Shown: in pieces, positions 31,340 to 44,328 of the stretch
How positions within the stretch are numbered: the stretch's first letter is position 1
Layout of the letters: each line of letters opens with the position of its first letter
From: Tubulanus polymorphus
Taxonomy: Eukaryota; Animalia; Nemertea
Length of the DNA: 64,000 nucleotides
Reading direction: 5' to 3'
Assembly (NCBI RefSeq): GCF_964204645.1
Contig: NC_134033.1
Location: 7,448,655-7,512,654 of the forward strand
Translations under genes and position numbers: made by a program
Notes under the pieces: generated by a model
Told to the model about the DNA's origin: nothing
The model's input: the letters and a program-made list of their open reading frames with translations, nothing else
Database searches by the model: none

Positions 31340-34076
31340 TCCTGAATCATGGTTCGGGAGTAGTACATATCAATGGTTCACTACCCTACCCCCCCCCCCC
31401 CCCCCACTGCAAAGTGACATAACAACTAAAAGTTGTTGTTTACTCAAATCAACAGAGTACTCTCCGTTTCTGTCTTTTCTTGTTTTTCAGGTCATACGTA
31501 TGTATGCGACCTAGATGCCACACTAGCAACGAAACTGGACCTGGATACCACACTGGCTGTCGACTACCACATAGACGTCCCACTGGCTGCCATACTCGCG
31601 TGTGAATGGTTTTGCGGTCCATCCTACTGGTTCGGATATTTTTGCAGATACAACCCGCGGTTCAACAGCTGTGTTGTCGTCGAAATGGTGGCCCGATGTG
31701 CCTTGGGCGTTACGAGACAGGAAACCTACCAATGGTTGTTCTTGTCTGTAGCGTTCCATTCTCCTTTTATCTCAATGGACTATGTATATATGTGAATAGA
31801 CTATTATTGTTTGTTGTCGGATACAACCGACAAAATTTAGTGGGGGGTGGTGTGATGGACCGGTAAAGTCCGGTATCCGGCTTTTACCGAGTCCAAATCC
31901 GTATTTTAGTGACCCCGTATTGTGTGGGGATTCAGGATTAGAATTTTGCTGCTATGTTTGGCAATTAATGATAACGATGATACAAGTTTTTGTAACAATT
32001 TAGTAAAATCATCAAATTCCAAGCGGCGCTGTTGTTATTTGTATTTTATAATTTACAATAAAATTCTGTTCGAATTTCTTTGCACTTCACTTTCCTATGT
32101 TACTTTTGCATACGTATTTCTATGTGTATACCTGTTTGCATCAATAGATAAATGAACGCACTTGTGTTAAATAACAAAGTCCTTATCGAATCGTAATTAA
32201 ACTGGCTATCGGCTTGTTCACACACACTGAATATCGCAGAATGGGAGGTGACGAAGAGATTAGGAGAGCACGCAATTACTCATCAATATCAATAGGCCTT
32301 CAAAACATTTGTCGAATTTTCAGCCTGATTTTGTCAATATGCGTAGGCCTGTAGCCTTGATTGTAAATGTAGGAAAAATGTGTTTTATCAAAATGAAAAA
32401 AGAGAAAAGAAATTTAGGTGATCAATGAAAACGAGGATATATTGCAGCAGTTGAACTGGCCTCTCAGGGCAGGTTGATATCTGCAGAAGTTCAACTGGCC
32501 TCTCAGCGCAGGTTTATATCAGAAGTCCAAAATTCTAAAAACGCTAAAATTCCACCCGGTTAATATCCCCCCGGTAAAAATCCCCCATAGGTAATCCCCC
32601 CTGGTAAAATCCCCCCAAATTTGATTTCACAGCAATTAGCAAAATACTTCAATATTCCTATGTTGAAAAACTTACAGTAGTTTTCACAAATTTCAGATTT
32701 TCCGTGATGTTTTTCACAATATTCACCTTGGATAATCAATGACTTTGACCAAGCTATGTGCATAAATGACATTATTCTGTGACTTTTAGCTAGTGAAATG
32801 CATGATAAAGGTCCAATGGCCCTGTGGCTCACCATTAAATCATTTAGTGCATATATTGTCAAAAATATTATACTAAATATGAATTAATTTGGATTGAAGA
32901 TGTGAGGCTGACATTATATGCGCCTGCGGATTTGTGTGAGTGCTGCGTATATTATCATTGCCGAGTCACTGTGCTATACATAGACTCGCTCAGGTGATTA
33001 CTAACACACATACTGTTACCTATACTGTAACCTGTAAACAGTATTAGATTGGCCGTAATTTCACAAGTCAGAATACCTCCATCCACAAAATGTCAAAAAT
33101 ATACAAACATATACGGACTTTTTTTCTAGAAATAAAAAAAAATACCGGCTATGATTTTTTTTCTTAAATGACTTGGAAGACCCACTACGAACCCTGTCAT
33201 TGGTATCGTCATACTTGCTAGTTCAGAATTGCAACTGAATTGAATAGCGTACTCGCTTATATTCGTGTCAACGAACAAATTATAAGCAAACGTACGATAC
33301 CTAATCGAATAAAATGTTCGACATTTTGTCTTGGGTTTCACATCAGGCTTTCCCAATTACATCAGAGGCGCCGAAATTCCCGGTATTTCCCGTATATCCC
33401 ACAAACAGCCAATCACATTCATTGTAGCTCAGGTTACAAGGTCAACTCAAATAAATAGAAGCGAGGAAATTTAGGGGGTTTATAAAGTGAGGGCCTGTAG
33501 GTCGAAAAGTACATTGAGATGAGTAGAACTAAAAACGGCGACACTTCCAGGAAGGATTGAACTTTTATATATTTCAATTGCAAGCATGAAAATTGTCATA
33601 TATAAAAACGTGCCATTACTTAGTGCTAAAAAGCAGGGTTTTTGCGTGTTTTTCAAGAATAAGTCCCCTAAAAATAACTCGATCACTATGAAATTTTTGT
33701 GGCCTCGAGAACTCATTAAGCCAAACCATGAAACCAAAAATCAACACGATCGGTTCAACAGCCAATGTTTGTGCCTTGTTGACACACCGGTACTCTATTC
33801 ATTTTCATTGAAAACTGCTTCATCAGACCGTTTGCATAGGCAAACCTATGGTTCGCCAAAAATGATATTATCGTATTTCTGAAAATTTCTATGAAGAAAT
33901 CTAGTTTAAAAGTAATAGCAAAATATCTGTGTACCTATCTATGTATTATCTAAGTATTATTGTAAAAAGTAATATCGGTTTTCATTTAGGTTGTTTACTT
34001 AAATTTGATAGAAAACTGAAATTAGGGGTTTTTTTACCGTGTGGGATTTTTACCGGGGGGATTTTTACCAACATTC

Positions 34077-34724
34077 GAAGTCAAACTGCAGCAGTTGAAC
34101 TGGCCTCTCAGGGCAGGTTGATATCAGAAGTCAAACTGCAGCAATGAAACTGGCCTCTCAGGGCAAGTTGATATTGGAAGTCAAACTGCAGCAGTTGAAT
34201 TGGCCTCGCAGGGCAGGTGATTATCACTGCAGCAGTTAAACTGGCCTTTCAGGGCAGGTTGATATCTGCAGAAGTTTAACTGGCCTCGCAGGGCAGGTTG
34301 ATATCGGAAGTCAAACTGCAGCAATGAAACTGGCCTCTCAGGGCAGGTTGATATTGGAAGTCAAACTGCAGCAGTTGAACTGGTCTCTCAGGGCATGTGA
34401 TTCTCACTGCAGCAGTTAAATTGGCCTCTCAGGGCAGGTTGATATCTGCAGAAGTTTAACTGGCCTCTCAGGGCAGGCTTATATCGGAAGTCAAACTGCA
34501 GCAGTTGAACTGGCCTCTCAGGGCAGGTTGATATCTGCAGAAGTTTAACTGGCCTCTCAGGGCAGGCTGATATCGGAAGTCAAACTGCAGCAGTTGAACT
34601 GGCCTCTCAGGGCAGGTTGATCAGAACTCAAACCGCAGCAATGAAACTGCTGGCCTCTCATGGCAGGTTGATATTGGAAGTCAAACTGCAGTAGTTGAGC
34701 TGGCCTCTCAGGACAGGTGATGTC
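34077..34724. repeat. Minisatellite of 37-51-bp units (AACTGGCCTCTCAGGGCAGGTTGATATC...)
   Basis: About 14 units; further copies at 32445-32525 and 44329-44797, and inverted at about 23695-23750. Confidence 0.92.
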
Positions 34725-34847
34725 AGTAGTAGGGAATAAGTTGTTTCAAGCCAAAGGTCGAAAAGGTCGAAAAATAAATTCTCGCACACTCGAATTTATT
34801 TTCCGACCTTTCAACCTTTGACTTGAAACAACTTATTCCCTATCACT
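34725..34847 (+). repeat. 123-nt variant terminal hairpin (AGTAGTAGGG...CCCTATCACT)
   Basis: Self-complementary, with compensatory changes relative to 226-493. Confidence 0.92.
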
Positions 34848-34906
34848 CTTAAAATATTAATCTAATAACTTCTAAAATCAATTTTAATAAAAAATTTGAT
34901 ATTAAA

Positions 34907-35263
34907 ATGGAGAGTAGTAAACAAGTACACAGTGAGAACAACAAATCATTTCTAGATAGAATAAAAGATATCACAAATGTAAAATCTGTAGATTATAAAT
35001 TTAAAAAGTTAACAGAATTAACAATTCATAAGAAATATTTAATTACAAATATTGATACAATTACAAATAAATATGGCGATAAATTAATAATTCACTTAGA
35101 ATATGAAGGATTAAAGGGAAATACATATAAATTCAGAACATATTTACCAGATAGATTTCATAGATTATCAAGTGAAGATTTAGAAGAATTATGTTCTGGT
35201 GATTTCTATTTCATATATAAAGGTAAGAATGAAAAAGGGCACCATGAAATAGATTTCGAATAA
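34907..35263 (+). CDS. Intact homologue of the 113-aa Polinton protein (118 aa)
   Basis: Near-identical protein to 4636-4977. Confidence 0.85.
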   Translation: MESSKQVHSENNKSFLDRIKDITNVKSVDYKFKKLTELTIHKKYLITNIDTITNKYGDKLIIHLEYEGLKGNTYKFRTYLPDRFHRLSSEDLEELCSGDFYFIYKGKNEKGHHEIDFE

Positions 35264-35480
35264 AAAATGTAAAATAAATGGAGCTCGTAATAAATGAAAA
35301 ATAAATTCTCGCACGCTCGAATTTATTTTTCATTTTTTACTCACTCGCCCCTTCAACCTTTAACCTGAACCCCCATTATCCCTATTACTCTTAAAATATT
35401 CATATATATGAATAACATATATGAATATAAATATATGAATAACTTCTAAAATCAATTTTAATAAAAAATTTGATATTAAA

Positions 35481-35800
35481 ATGGAACAAGAACAATCACA
35501 AACTATCAATATTACAAATAACACTGGTGTTATAAATATATACTACAAGAAATGTTCTAAATGTGAATTAGATAAGCCATTTACAGATTATTATAAACAT
35601 AAGATTGGTAAAGATGGTTTTCAAAATACTTGTAAAAGTTGCAAAAAAAGCAAATGATGAACAATATTATATAAATAATACTGAAAAATGCAAAGAAAAA
35701 AGTAAACAATATTATCTAAATAATCTAGAAAAATGTAAAGAAACGAAAAAACAATGGAGAGAAAATAATCCAGAATATATTAGAGATTGGAAAAAAGAAA
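35481..35800 (+). pseudogene. Truncated, frameshifted homologue of the zinc-ribbon/HNH gene
   Basis: MEQEQSQTINITNNTGVINIYYKKCSKCELDK matches the N-terminus of 16074(-). Confidence 0.85.
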
Positions 35801-36290
35801 ATCTTCTTGGGAAGTCAATATTCTCATTAATTATCACTAATTATCATTATTCTCAAATTTATCAATATAATCATATAATAATGAAAATCCTTGTTTGTAT
35901 TGTGTTTGAATTATACTTGAAATATTTTCATCAGTTACTGTATCATATTCTAAACATATATTCGATAATTTATAACCCATATCTTTAATTATACTTGATA
36001 TTAAAATTTCATTAACAGGAGCAAATGTTATCTCAAATATCTTCTTGAATTGCGTATTTATATAAAGGTGCATCATCATTTATCAATTCAAAGTCTAATG
36101 GAATTTTATATTTACTTCCATAAATCTTTTTGATCAAATTATCTACGTCATTAGTTACTACTGCATTATTAGCTTCTGATCTTAATTTGTTTTGGTTTTC
36201 TGATTGGATGCCTTGAAATATCATATTATTTCTATTTTCTTTTGTTAACCATAAATCTTTATAATGCGTAAATAAATTATAATCATCTAA
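35800..36290 (-). pseudogene. Major capsid protein fragment
   Basis: LDDYNLFTHYKDLWLTKENRNNMIFQGIQ...LEYDTV, with frameshifts. Confidence 0.92.
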
Positions 36291-36900
36291 ATATAGCTGC
36301 AAAGCAGCGATGACGGGTTTTCTGTAAAGCCATTCAGAATGATGGGAATTGTAGTAAATTGAAATATCGATACATAGAATAAAATGCATTGACAGATTCG
36401 AACCTAATATGCAACCACTGTGTAAACGTCAAATATGATTCAGCTTTGAAACCGAACATACGTGGACGTACAATCACAAATATTAATATATTTGACCAGG
36501 CACTTATTTTGGCATTCAAACATCATGATACTGTATTATCACCATCCTTAAAAATGGATCTGTCCTATTAAGAACTCATCTTAAGCACCTGCTGAGCCGA
36601 TAGATTGAGTGAATTCACAGATAAGAACGTATTATGATTTAGAATAGATTAGATTTAAGAAGTTAATGTTTTTATTGAAATATTTGAATAAATACATATA
36701 TTGTAGTGTAGATTCAATTAATAAATTATGAATTTATTTGGTCTGGGTTTCCGGCTGATGTTGATTTTGGCTTTTATGGATTACAAATTCTACAGTGATA
36801 AACAATTGATACCCGCAACATGTGTGTAAATCAAACCTATTCCACTAGTTGCGTGTGTTTCCTAATAAACGGGAGAGTCACTCTTGATCTGAGTTATTAG

Positions 36901-37458
36901 AACTAGGGGTCCAGGGACACCATGCCCACTTGGGAAGTGGTTCCAAATGCTCAACAATCTAACAATTCAGGTATCAAAGGTATAAAACAACCCTTTTCAA
37001 AGAATACCCATCACAAATTGCAATGAGAAATGGCAAACTCAGAATTCGGGCCAAAATTGACATTTTTGGGCACTAAAAAAGGTCATAGGACGGCCATCTT
37101 GAGTCCGTATCCCAATTTTTGTTATGCTGATGGGCCCAGGGGCATTCACATATATCGGAAAGATCAAGGTAATTGATCAAAGCATCTTCAAAATTTCCCT
37201 CAAAAAGTTCAAAAATGTGTAAAAAGTGTTGATTTTGGCGAACAACAATGGCTGCCAGTCGACATCTTGATTCTGACAGGGCCAGTTTTTGAGCTGAAGA
37301 TGTGTCTAGGGTAGATACATGTGAAACCCAAATATCAAGACATTACATTGAAGCGTCTTCAAAACTTCCTAAAATAACTGATATCCGTCTACGGACGGAC
37401 GACGGACGAAAAGTGAACGCAATAGCCCGCTGGGACTAAAGTCCCAAGTGGGCTAAAA
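36901..37458 (+). mobile_element. Helentron-associated non-autonomous (HINE/DINE-like) element
   Basis: AACTAG start, (ACGG)n microsatellite, 3' hairpin TAGCCCGCTGGGACTAAAGTCCCAAGTGGGCTA followed by an A-run; partial related copy at about 61265-61337. Confidence 0.6.
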
Positions 37459-38454
37459 ATAATGTTCATTTAGTCATAGAAATTCATTGCCTTTTTGGAG
37501 TTTCTGTAATAATATTTGTTCTGCCCTAATTTTTATTACTGTATGAACCAATGATATGCTTTGTAAATATGATGTAATAAAATAAATTTGAATTAAATTT
37601 GAACATGAGAATCAAGCATAACTTGTGTTTTTTCAACTTGTCTTACTTGTCTTTTGTTAACAGTTCCAGAGTTTCAATTACAATCAAATCCAAATTGGCT
37701 AAAAAGTACATAGCACTCAATGAAATGAACGGTTAGTTACTGCAAACCTATTCCAGTGTTATGTCGATCGTGTTGAATCACTTTCCTTGAGTTGAAAGAA
37801 TCAGATCTTCTATGGTACAACATCGGTCGAAGAGAGATATCTTGGTGTTGACTGTCCTTGACCATCTAACTTCATGCGTTTGACATTGGAATTTAGCATC
37901 ATACCCATTTGAACTGCAAAATATTCATACAACATGAAAACCTACAGTACATGTATACAGTATTAATCAAACTTTCACCGATGTTGGATATTTGAATGAA
38001 CATTAGGTTTATTTCAGTACTCTAAAGCAGGAAATAATAAGCCCAATCAATAGGCCCTATTCCCATTGGAACAATTATATAATGCGTACAGCTGTACCGT
38101 ACACTTATCAGTCAAGAATGGAGAAATCGGTATACCGAACCTACGAACAGCAAAATGTACAGGCCTACAATGATTTCTGGTAATACAAGCCGTGACCATA
38201 TGAACGTTTTGGTTTGACTATTAATGTCAGCAGGTCAGAGAAGGCCTGGCCAAACTTAATCACATGGCTCAAATCAATTAGCCTTTCTGCGTGTGAATAT
38301 TTCACTGTATTGTTTTAAAAATAGGCCTATCGAGTGAATTAGTACATAGACTGTACACATCCATATTATAATGGCACCAGTTATAGTAACATCACTGTAG
38401 GGCCGACGAGAGGGAAAAAGTTGTGTTTGTAGTACATAGGCATGGTAGGCTTGT

Positions 38455-39060
38455 CGTACTCACTTAATACTTAAAACGCTGTTGTTACCTGTACGTGACT
38501 GTACGGTGATTTCTACAGGTTAGCCATATGTGAGTACGTTGACGCTCAGACTTGCAATATTGGGATTCAAAACCAAACGAAAAAAAAATCCAGTAGTAGT
38601 CCAGTGATTTACCCACTGTGCCACAGAACGTAACTGGTGGGTGGATGAAATTTGATTTACAAATAGCCTAGCCTCACCTAACCCAAACTCTATTCTTTTA
38701 CGCATGCGCGTTTGCAGATTATAGGAACTCACGTACAGCGTTTTTAGGGAACTCACGAACGGTTAACCTGTGGATATCACCGTACAGTCACGTACGCGTT
38801 ACAATTTCGTACTTAAAATGGTATTGGCTACTAGGAACTCACGTACGGCGTAAGTAGGGAACTCACGTACGGTTAACCTGTGGATATCACCGTACAGTCA
38901 CGTACGCGTTACAGTTTCGTACTTAAAATGGTATTGGCTACTAGGAACTCACGATTGGCATTATAGACTTAGTAGGGACCTCACGTACGCGGTTAACCTG
39001 TGGAGATCACCGTACAGTCACGTGCGGTTAACAACTACGTACTTAAAATGGTATTGGCTT
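38455..39060. repeat. Three ~110-120-bp tandem units with an upstream inverted partial copy
   Basis: GGTTAACCTGTGGATATCACCGTACAGTCACGTAC three times (38761, 38871, 38991), inverted at about 38490-38525. Confidence 0.85.
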
Positions 39061-39825
39061 CTATATAATAGGCCTATAGACAAATAAATACCGGTAGGCT
39101 TTCTTATAATCTTAGCTTCCACACTTCACAACCGAACCAACTGACCAACCAGTATATTTAGTCCCAGTACGCACCAACCGGCACAGGCCTAACACTGTTT
39201 GTCAACTGTGTGTACCGTTGTAGGCTATCGATAATCACCTGATACTTTTCTGTCGTTTGTTTTCTCTCTGAGACGAAGACGAACGTAATTCTAGTAGCCT
39301 TCCGCGACTCAACGACCTTGATTTAAACTTGATCAATTCAAAGTCTGTTTATTGACGCTTTTGGTTACATGAACTGATCAGCAATATACTTAAATAAAAT
39401 AACCGGAATAACAAGAAATCAAAAATATTAAAGAGGTAACAAACAAATGCCCGTAAACCTGTCAGACACGCGAACGCCGGACTCGTAAACTCTTGGACTC
39501 GGACCCGCTGAGCAATAAATTCATAAAATTGACTTTGAAATTGATTGTGGAGAAGAGAGGGAATAATTCGATAGCTCTTCCTCGAAAAGAAGAGAGAAAT
39601 ATCGGTAAGAAAACACAACATGGCTACTAATTGAATCGAGCCAAATTTCCGATGTTTACGGCTCGACAGTGCCTTTATAACGTGGATTTATCAAAATTCC
39701 CATGCAGTATCTGGAGATTGAAGTGAGCTGAAGGACATCATACGGATTGTATCGGCGACAGCGGTAAGGTAAGGAAGCCTTTACACTTTTAACAAAAACT
39801 ATGTGGAAAAGGGAAAAAAAATAAT

Positions 39826-40050
39826 AATCATCACGCGAATTTCAATAGGGTTTTCTGTGAAGAAACAGAAAACCCTAATCACGCGAATTTCAATAGGGTT
39901 TTCTGTGAAGCAACAGAAAACCCTAAATATGTAAATGATAATAATAACAATCAACAGAATTACAAAAGGGTTTTCGACGAAAGTCAGAAAACCCTAATAA
40001 TCACGCGAATTTCAATAGGGTTTTCTGTGAAGAAACAGAAAACCCTAATA
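39826..40050 (+). repeat. Four tandem hairpins AGGGTTTTCTG-N8-CAGAAAACCCT, Helentron-like 3' ends
   Basis: Direct reading; the family assignment is inference. Confidence 0.7.
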
Positions 40051-43000
40051 ATGCTTTCCTCTCCTGATGCGATGGGAGATTTAGTTTTGTAGTTTTAGAA
40101 CCATTAATATGGGAAGTTAATGGTTCAGCTGAATTTATAGTTAATGAGGATTGAGGATTCAAAATTGACGATGTAGATTCAGGTGTAGATTCATTATTCG
40201 AAATCGGTGCAGATTCAGGTGTAGATTTTTATAGTCAAAATTGGTGCAGATTCACTCTTCGAAATTGTTGTAGATTCAGGTGTAGATTCATTAGTCAAAA
40301 TTGGTGCAGATTCACTATTCGAAATTGGTGTCGATTCAGGTGTTGATTCATTAGTCAAAATTGCTGCAGATTCATTATTCGAAATTGGTGTAGATTCAGG
40401 TGTTGATTCATTATTCAAAATTGGCGTAGATTTAGATTTGGCTGTAGTTAAGACTGATTTGCTTTTTTTAGGGGCGATATGGGAGTCTGACATCTTTAAT
40501 TTAGAACTAGCTAGTGTATTATTTGACTCAGTTGATCGTTTATGTCTCTGTCTGCGAGATAATCGTGATATCTTAGAGAAAGTAGTGCTATTAGCAGTAG
40601 GCCTAGGTTGAGATGACTTTGAGAAGAGTTGAGTAATATCAATTAGATGTTTCATAATCCAATTAATCAATATCAATCTAACAAAATCAGAATAGTAAGA
40701 AATGTTCTTAAGATAAGATAATTCATTGGGAGATGAAAATACACTTGAAATATCCTTTTCATAATAGGTTGCAATGCAAGCACCAATTAATGTAGCAGGG
40801 CCACAGACAGATGAACATGTTTGGAGTGGGTAATAACTAGTACAATTATTACTACATACATGCACTAAATTTTCAGTAACAAAATGAGGATCATGGAGGT
40901 GGATATAAACAGGATCAGCGCAATTCAAACCTTTCAAAACAGAGCTTAAATGATTTTTAAATTCCCTAGGACAACCCCATGCTAATGTATCAGCATAACA
41001 CACTTTGTTACTTTTTGGGTAAAAAACTACTAGTGCATAATGATTGGCAACAACATGTCCATAAGAATTTAGAAATACGAAATCAATTTGGGTGCCAACA
41101 TGCAGGAAAAGAATTAGTTTATCACAACTTATGAGTGGATTAGGACCGAATCTTTTATATAAATTTGAAACATATTTCTTAGCATCAAATGTAAGTGGCA
41201 TCATAAATGCATGAATATTACAGTACTGTTCATTTATCATAGATGCAAAAGCATTTAACACAGATCCTTCAAACTATTTTTTTAGTTATCGTTAGATATA
41301 GATTAGTCATCGTCTGAAGTTCTGGTGCAGATACGCTATTATCATTACCAACAGGAAATTGTTGAGAGGGTTTTAAGGAAAAGAGCATATTTGAAAATGC
41401 TTGAATCTGTTCCCAATCGACTGAATCAATGGGGCGTAAAGGCTTACTATTTACCCAAAGATTCATGGCAAAAAGATCTTGTTGTTTGGTTTTAGCATAA
41501 TGTAAGAAAAGAAACCTATTAATCTGATCAATAGAATAGCAGCCCGTATCGAGTCTCACATGGATATTAATGGAAGGGTCACGGACAATCCTTGACTGCA
41601 TCTGTGGTTTTATGTCCTCCAACTGATTTTTGTGGGGCATAGTGGGGGCATCATCAGCCAAATGACATAAATTAGACATGTCACAAATTCTGAATGACGT
41701 GACCTTTGATGGCATAGCAGGAGGATTTTTCAAAAACTGATAGTCATTGAGGCACATTTCTGTTGGATTGTAACTAAAATTTCTTCTACATACATGTTCA
41801 TCATCAGAATCATTCTCATCACTATCATCAATTATGATTGGTTCGATACTTCCACCACCTGCGATACTTAGCTGTTTTTTGTTTTCCATCCATCTATCTT
41901 TCTGCATCTTTAATCTTTCTATCCTTTCTTTCGAACTATCTTCCTGCATCTTTTCTTCTTCCTCTATCGTTCCTTCCGAGAAATTGTCACAAGCCGCAGC
42001 CTTTCCTTCTTCCTCCATTGTCCGCCTGAAATACGCATTATCAACTCACTTTTTTTAGACATATCAATAGATAGAGTATGAAATTACCCATATAGGCCTA
42101 ACATAAAAAACATGGGTATCTCTGAGTCATTTGCATTAAGTCATTTGCATTTGTAGGTACTAAGATAATTGAATTATGTTGTACTTACATTTCAGTGTGG
42201 TTTAAACTAACATGGTCTAGAAGATCTTTCCAATTCATGAATTCAACTCCGCAAAAACATGTCGAGTCAGCAGGATCCGTCTGTGGATGAATAACCTAAT
42301 GTAGAAGAGCACATTAATCTGTTTTTGCTTCAACATCTATGCAAAAATGACAAAAATGAACCCGCGTCTCGCAGAAAGGGCATCAAACTTACATATTCCA
42401 GTGAATTCCTTTTTCTGTTAAATCTTTTAGTATTGTGACAACTTCTATTGTAGCATCCCTGAATATGAAAACAAAGCTTTACAGCATAAATCATACCAAT
42501 ACCAATGAATTTCTATAATTTCATTTCGAGAAACATATTACTCACGTTCTTAGTCTAATAAAAAGGAGTTAATAATTTAGGCTTTAAACAAATACCAACA
42601 CCAGCCACATCAATTTTAGTCATGTACTGGAAAAAAAGACAGATCTATGCATGCAAAGCCTTAAGGTAATTGTGAAATAAAAGTGACCAAACTAATATTT
42701 CACTGAGAACCTTAGTGTCAGTGGTATATCGCTAACGCGACCCCTGACACTAAGTCGCGGAAGCCATATACGCGGTGATTTAAAATTCTTTTTAATTCAA
42801 CTCTAATTATATCATCACTACTCAGCTCTCATTCAACCGATTTCAAAAAATAAACCATTCTCAGGACTGGGTGAAACTAATATTAAATCATATGTTCTTG
42901 AGATGATATGTACCTGGTCGAATGTGAAAAAGGCTCTTTGATCTTCACAACAGAATTGTTTCCTTGTATGATGCGCAACGTCAAAACTGCTATACTGGAT

Positions 43001-44152
43001 TGTAGGATACAAAAAACTGTTAAAATGTATCTCCTAACTTTAAAGATAAATCATGTACAAATCACACTTAGGAAAACAACTTTACCACTATTGTTGAATC
43101 ATCCCATGATCTTGCTTGATCATTCTTCAACTTGTTTTTCGCTATCAGCTATCAATATGATTCATTAATTCAATGCAAGGATTTTGAATAAAGTGGTTTC
43201 GTATTCAAGTTATAAAAACCAATTGCAAATCATTCATTTTCTAGGATATCAATGCTAAATGATTACCTTTGGTCGATGGACTGCTCTACTTCTTTGCATC
43301 TTTTCTATCTCATATGGAAAGTATTGAGGGCACCTGATTAAGAATCATTCATTATTTCCAGTAATCATTAAATTTATGTAGTTTGTATACCTGGTAATTG
43401 GATAAAATAATGCAATTCTACGTACATTTGATTTTCATTTTTCAATAGTAGTAGTTCGATTATTCTGTTATTGATGAACTGATTTCCCTTACGGCTGGGG
43501 TGTAACAAGTCAGTCCTAGATCACAAAATTTAGAAAAAAACAAGTTAGTTTAAATCGCGAAAAATGCTTATAACCTACTGGGCTTATTAAAATTAAACGA
43601 TTACTTACGGTGAAAGGAGATCTCTTGAGAAGTGAAAATCAACAAACTTTACACCCAGTGTAAAGCATTCGCGGTGCAGCATTTCATTGTAATGAAAAAT
43701 CTTTGTGTCAGCATCGAAACTTTACAAAAGAAAGAAATTTAAAAATCAATACATCGATCATAAATATAGTACTTCAAGAAAAATCTATTCTTGATACTTA
43801 CTCATCACATCGAGGAAAAAGAGCTGGTACAATGATGGTCCCAGTACATTTATAGAGCAACAAACGAATTAATTCAACGTGTCTTCGCAGAACAATCTCA
43901 AGCGGGACATCACGCGTCATATTATTTGTTCCAACATTCAGCATCTTCACCTTTTTCAATTTTTTGTTATATAGGCCTACAACTAATCAGTAAGCCAACG
44001 AAAATGAACAATATAAATCAGTACTGAACCGAGAAATTACCTTCCATCAATGTTTCGATGGTTTCTCCGGGGCACATCCTTGTCCATTCAAATAAGCCTA
44101 CACCATCTAGCCCAGCATACTTTAAAATGCTGTTTGCTACGAGACCAATACG
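40050..44152 (-). pseudogene. Decayed multi-exon gene: SGNH-hydrolase domain, C2H2-like finger, Ulp1/C48-like protease, Ser/Thr tandem repeats
   Basis: GT-AG exons 44152-44041, 43976-43802, 43719-43609 and 43515 onward join in frame to give LVANSIL, CPG, NVGTNN, YNEML..C...GVKFVD and DLLHPS; CFCGVEF..DLLDHV...H near 42.2 kb; HYALVV, YADTL and PLQTCSSVCG in 41261-40215; stop plus frameshift near 41280. Confidence 0.7.
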
Positions 44153-44328
44153 CTACAAAAAAAGATTATTTCCTGGTTGTAACTTCATGGTCAGTCTCAG
44201 GCCAAACTCCCTGTGACATTGGCAATGTCACAGGGAGGTGTGAGAAAGCACACTGGTTACAGTAAGACCCTACTATGCAAAAGAAGTGAAACATATATGT
44301 ATATCAATGTGATAGAATTGATTGAAAA

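Larger units (their letters stand above)
23963..31933 (+). mobile_element. Decayed Ty3/Gypsy LTR retrotransposon (internal gag deletion, nested insertion, truncated 3' LTR)
   Basis: 83-bp LTR match 23963-24045 vs 31851-31933 starting TGTGATGG; PPT AGTGGGGGGTGG before the 3' copy; domain order PR-RT-RH-IN. Confidence 0.9.
34725..36290. mobile_element. Mosaic of rearranged Polinton fragments: short hairpin terminus, small gene, second partial hairpin, HNH-gene 5' part, inverted MCP fragment
   Basis: Homology to 226-575, 4636-4998, the 5' part of 16074(-) and 10347-10850. Confidence 0.9.

Noticed and set aside
32530-34076. DNA transposon splitting the minisatellite (GGTAAAAATCCCCC inverted subterminal motifs)
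   Set aside because: Plausible, but the left terminus and TSD could not be defined, so it was not called.
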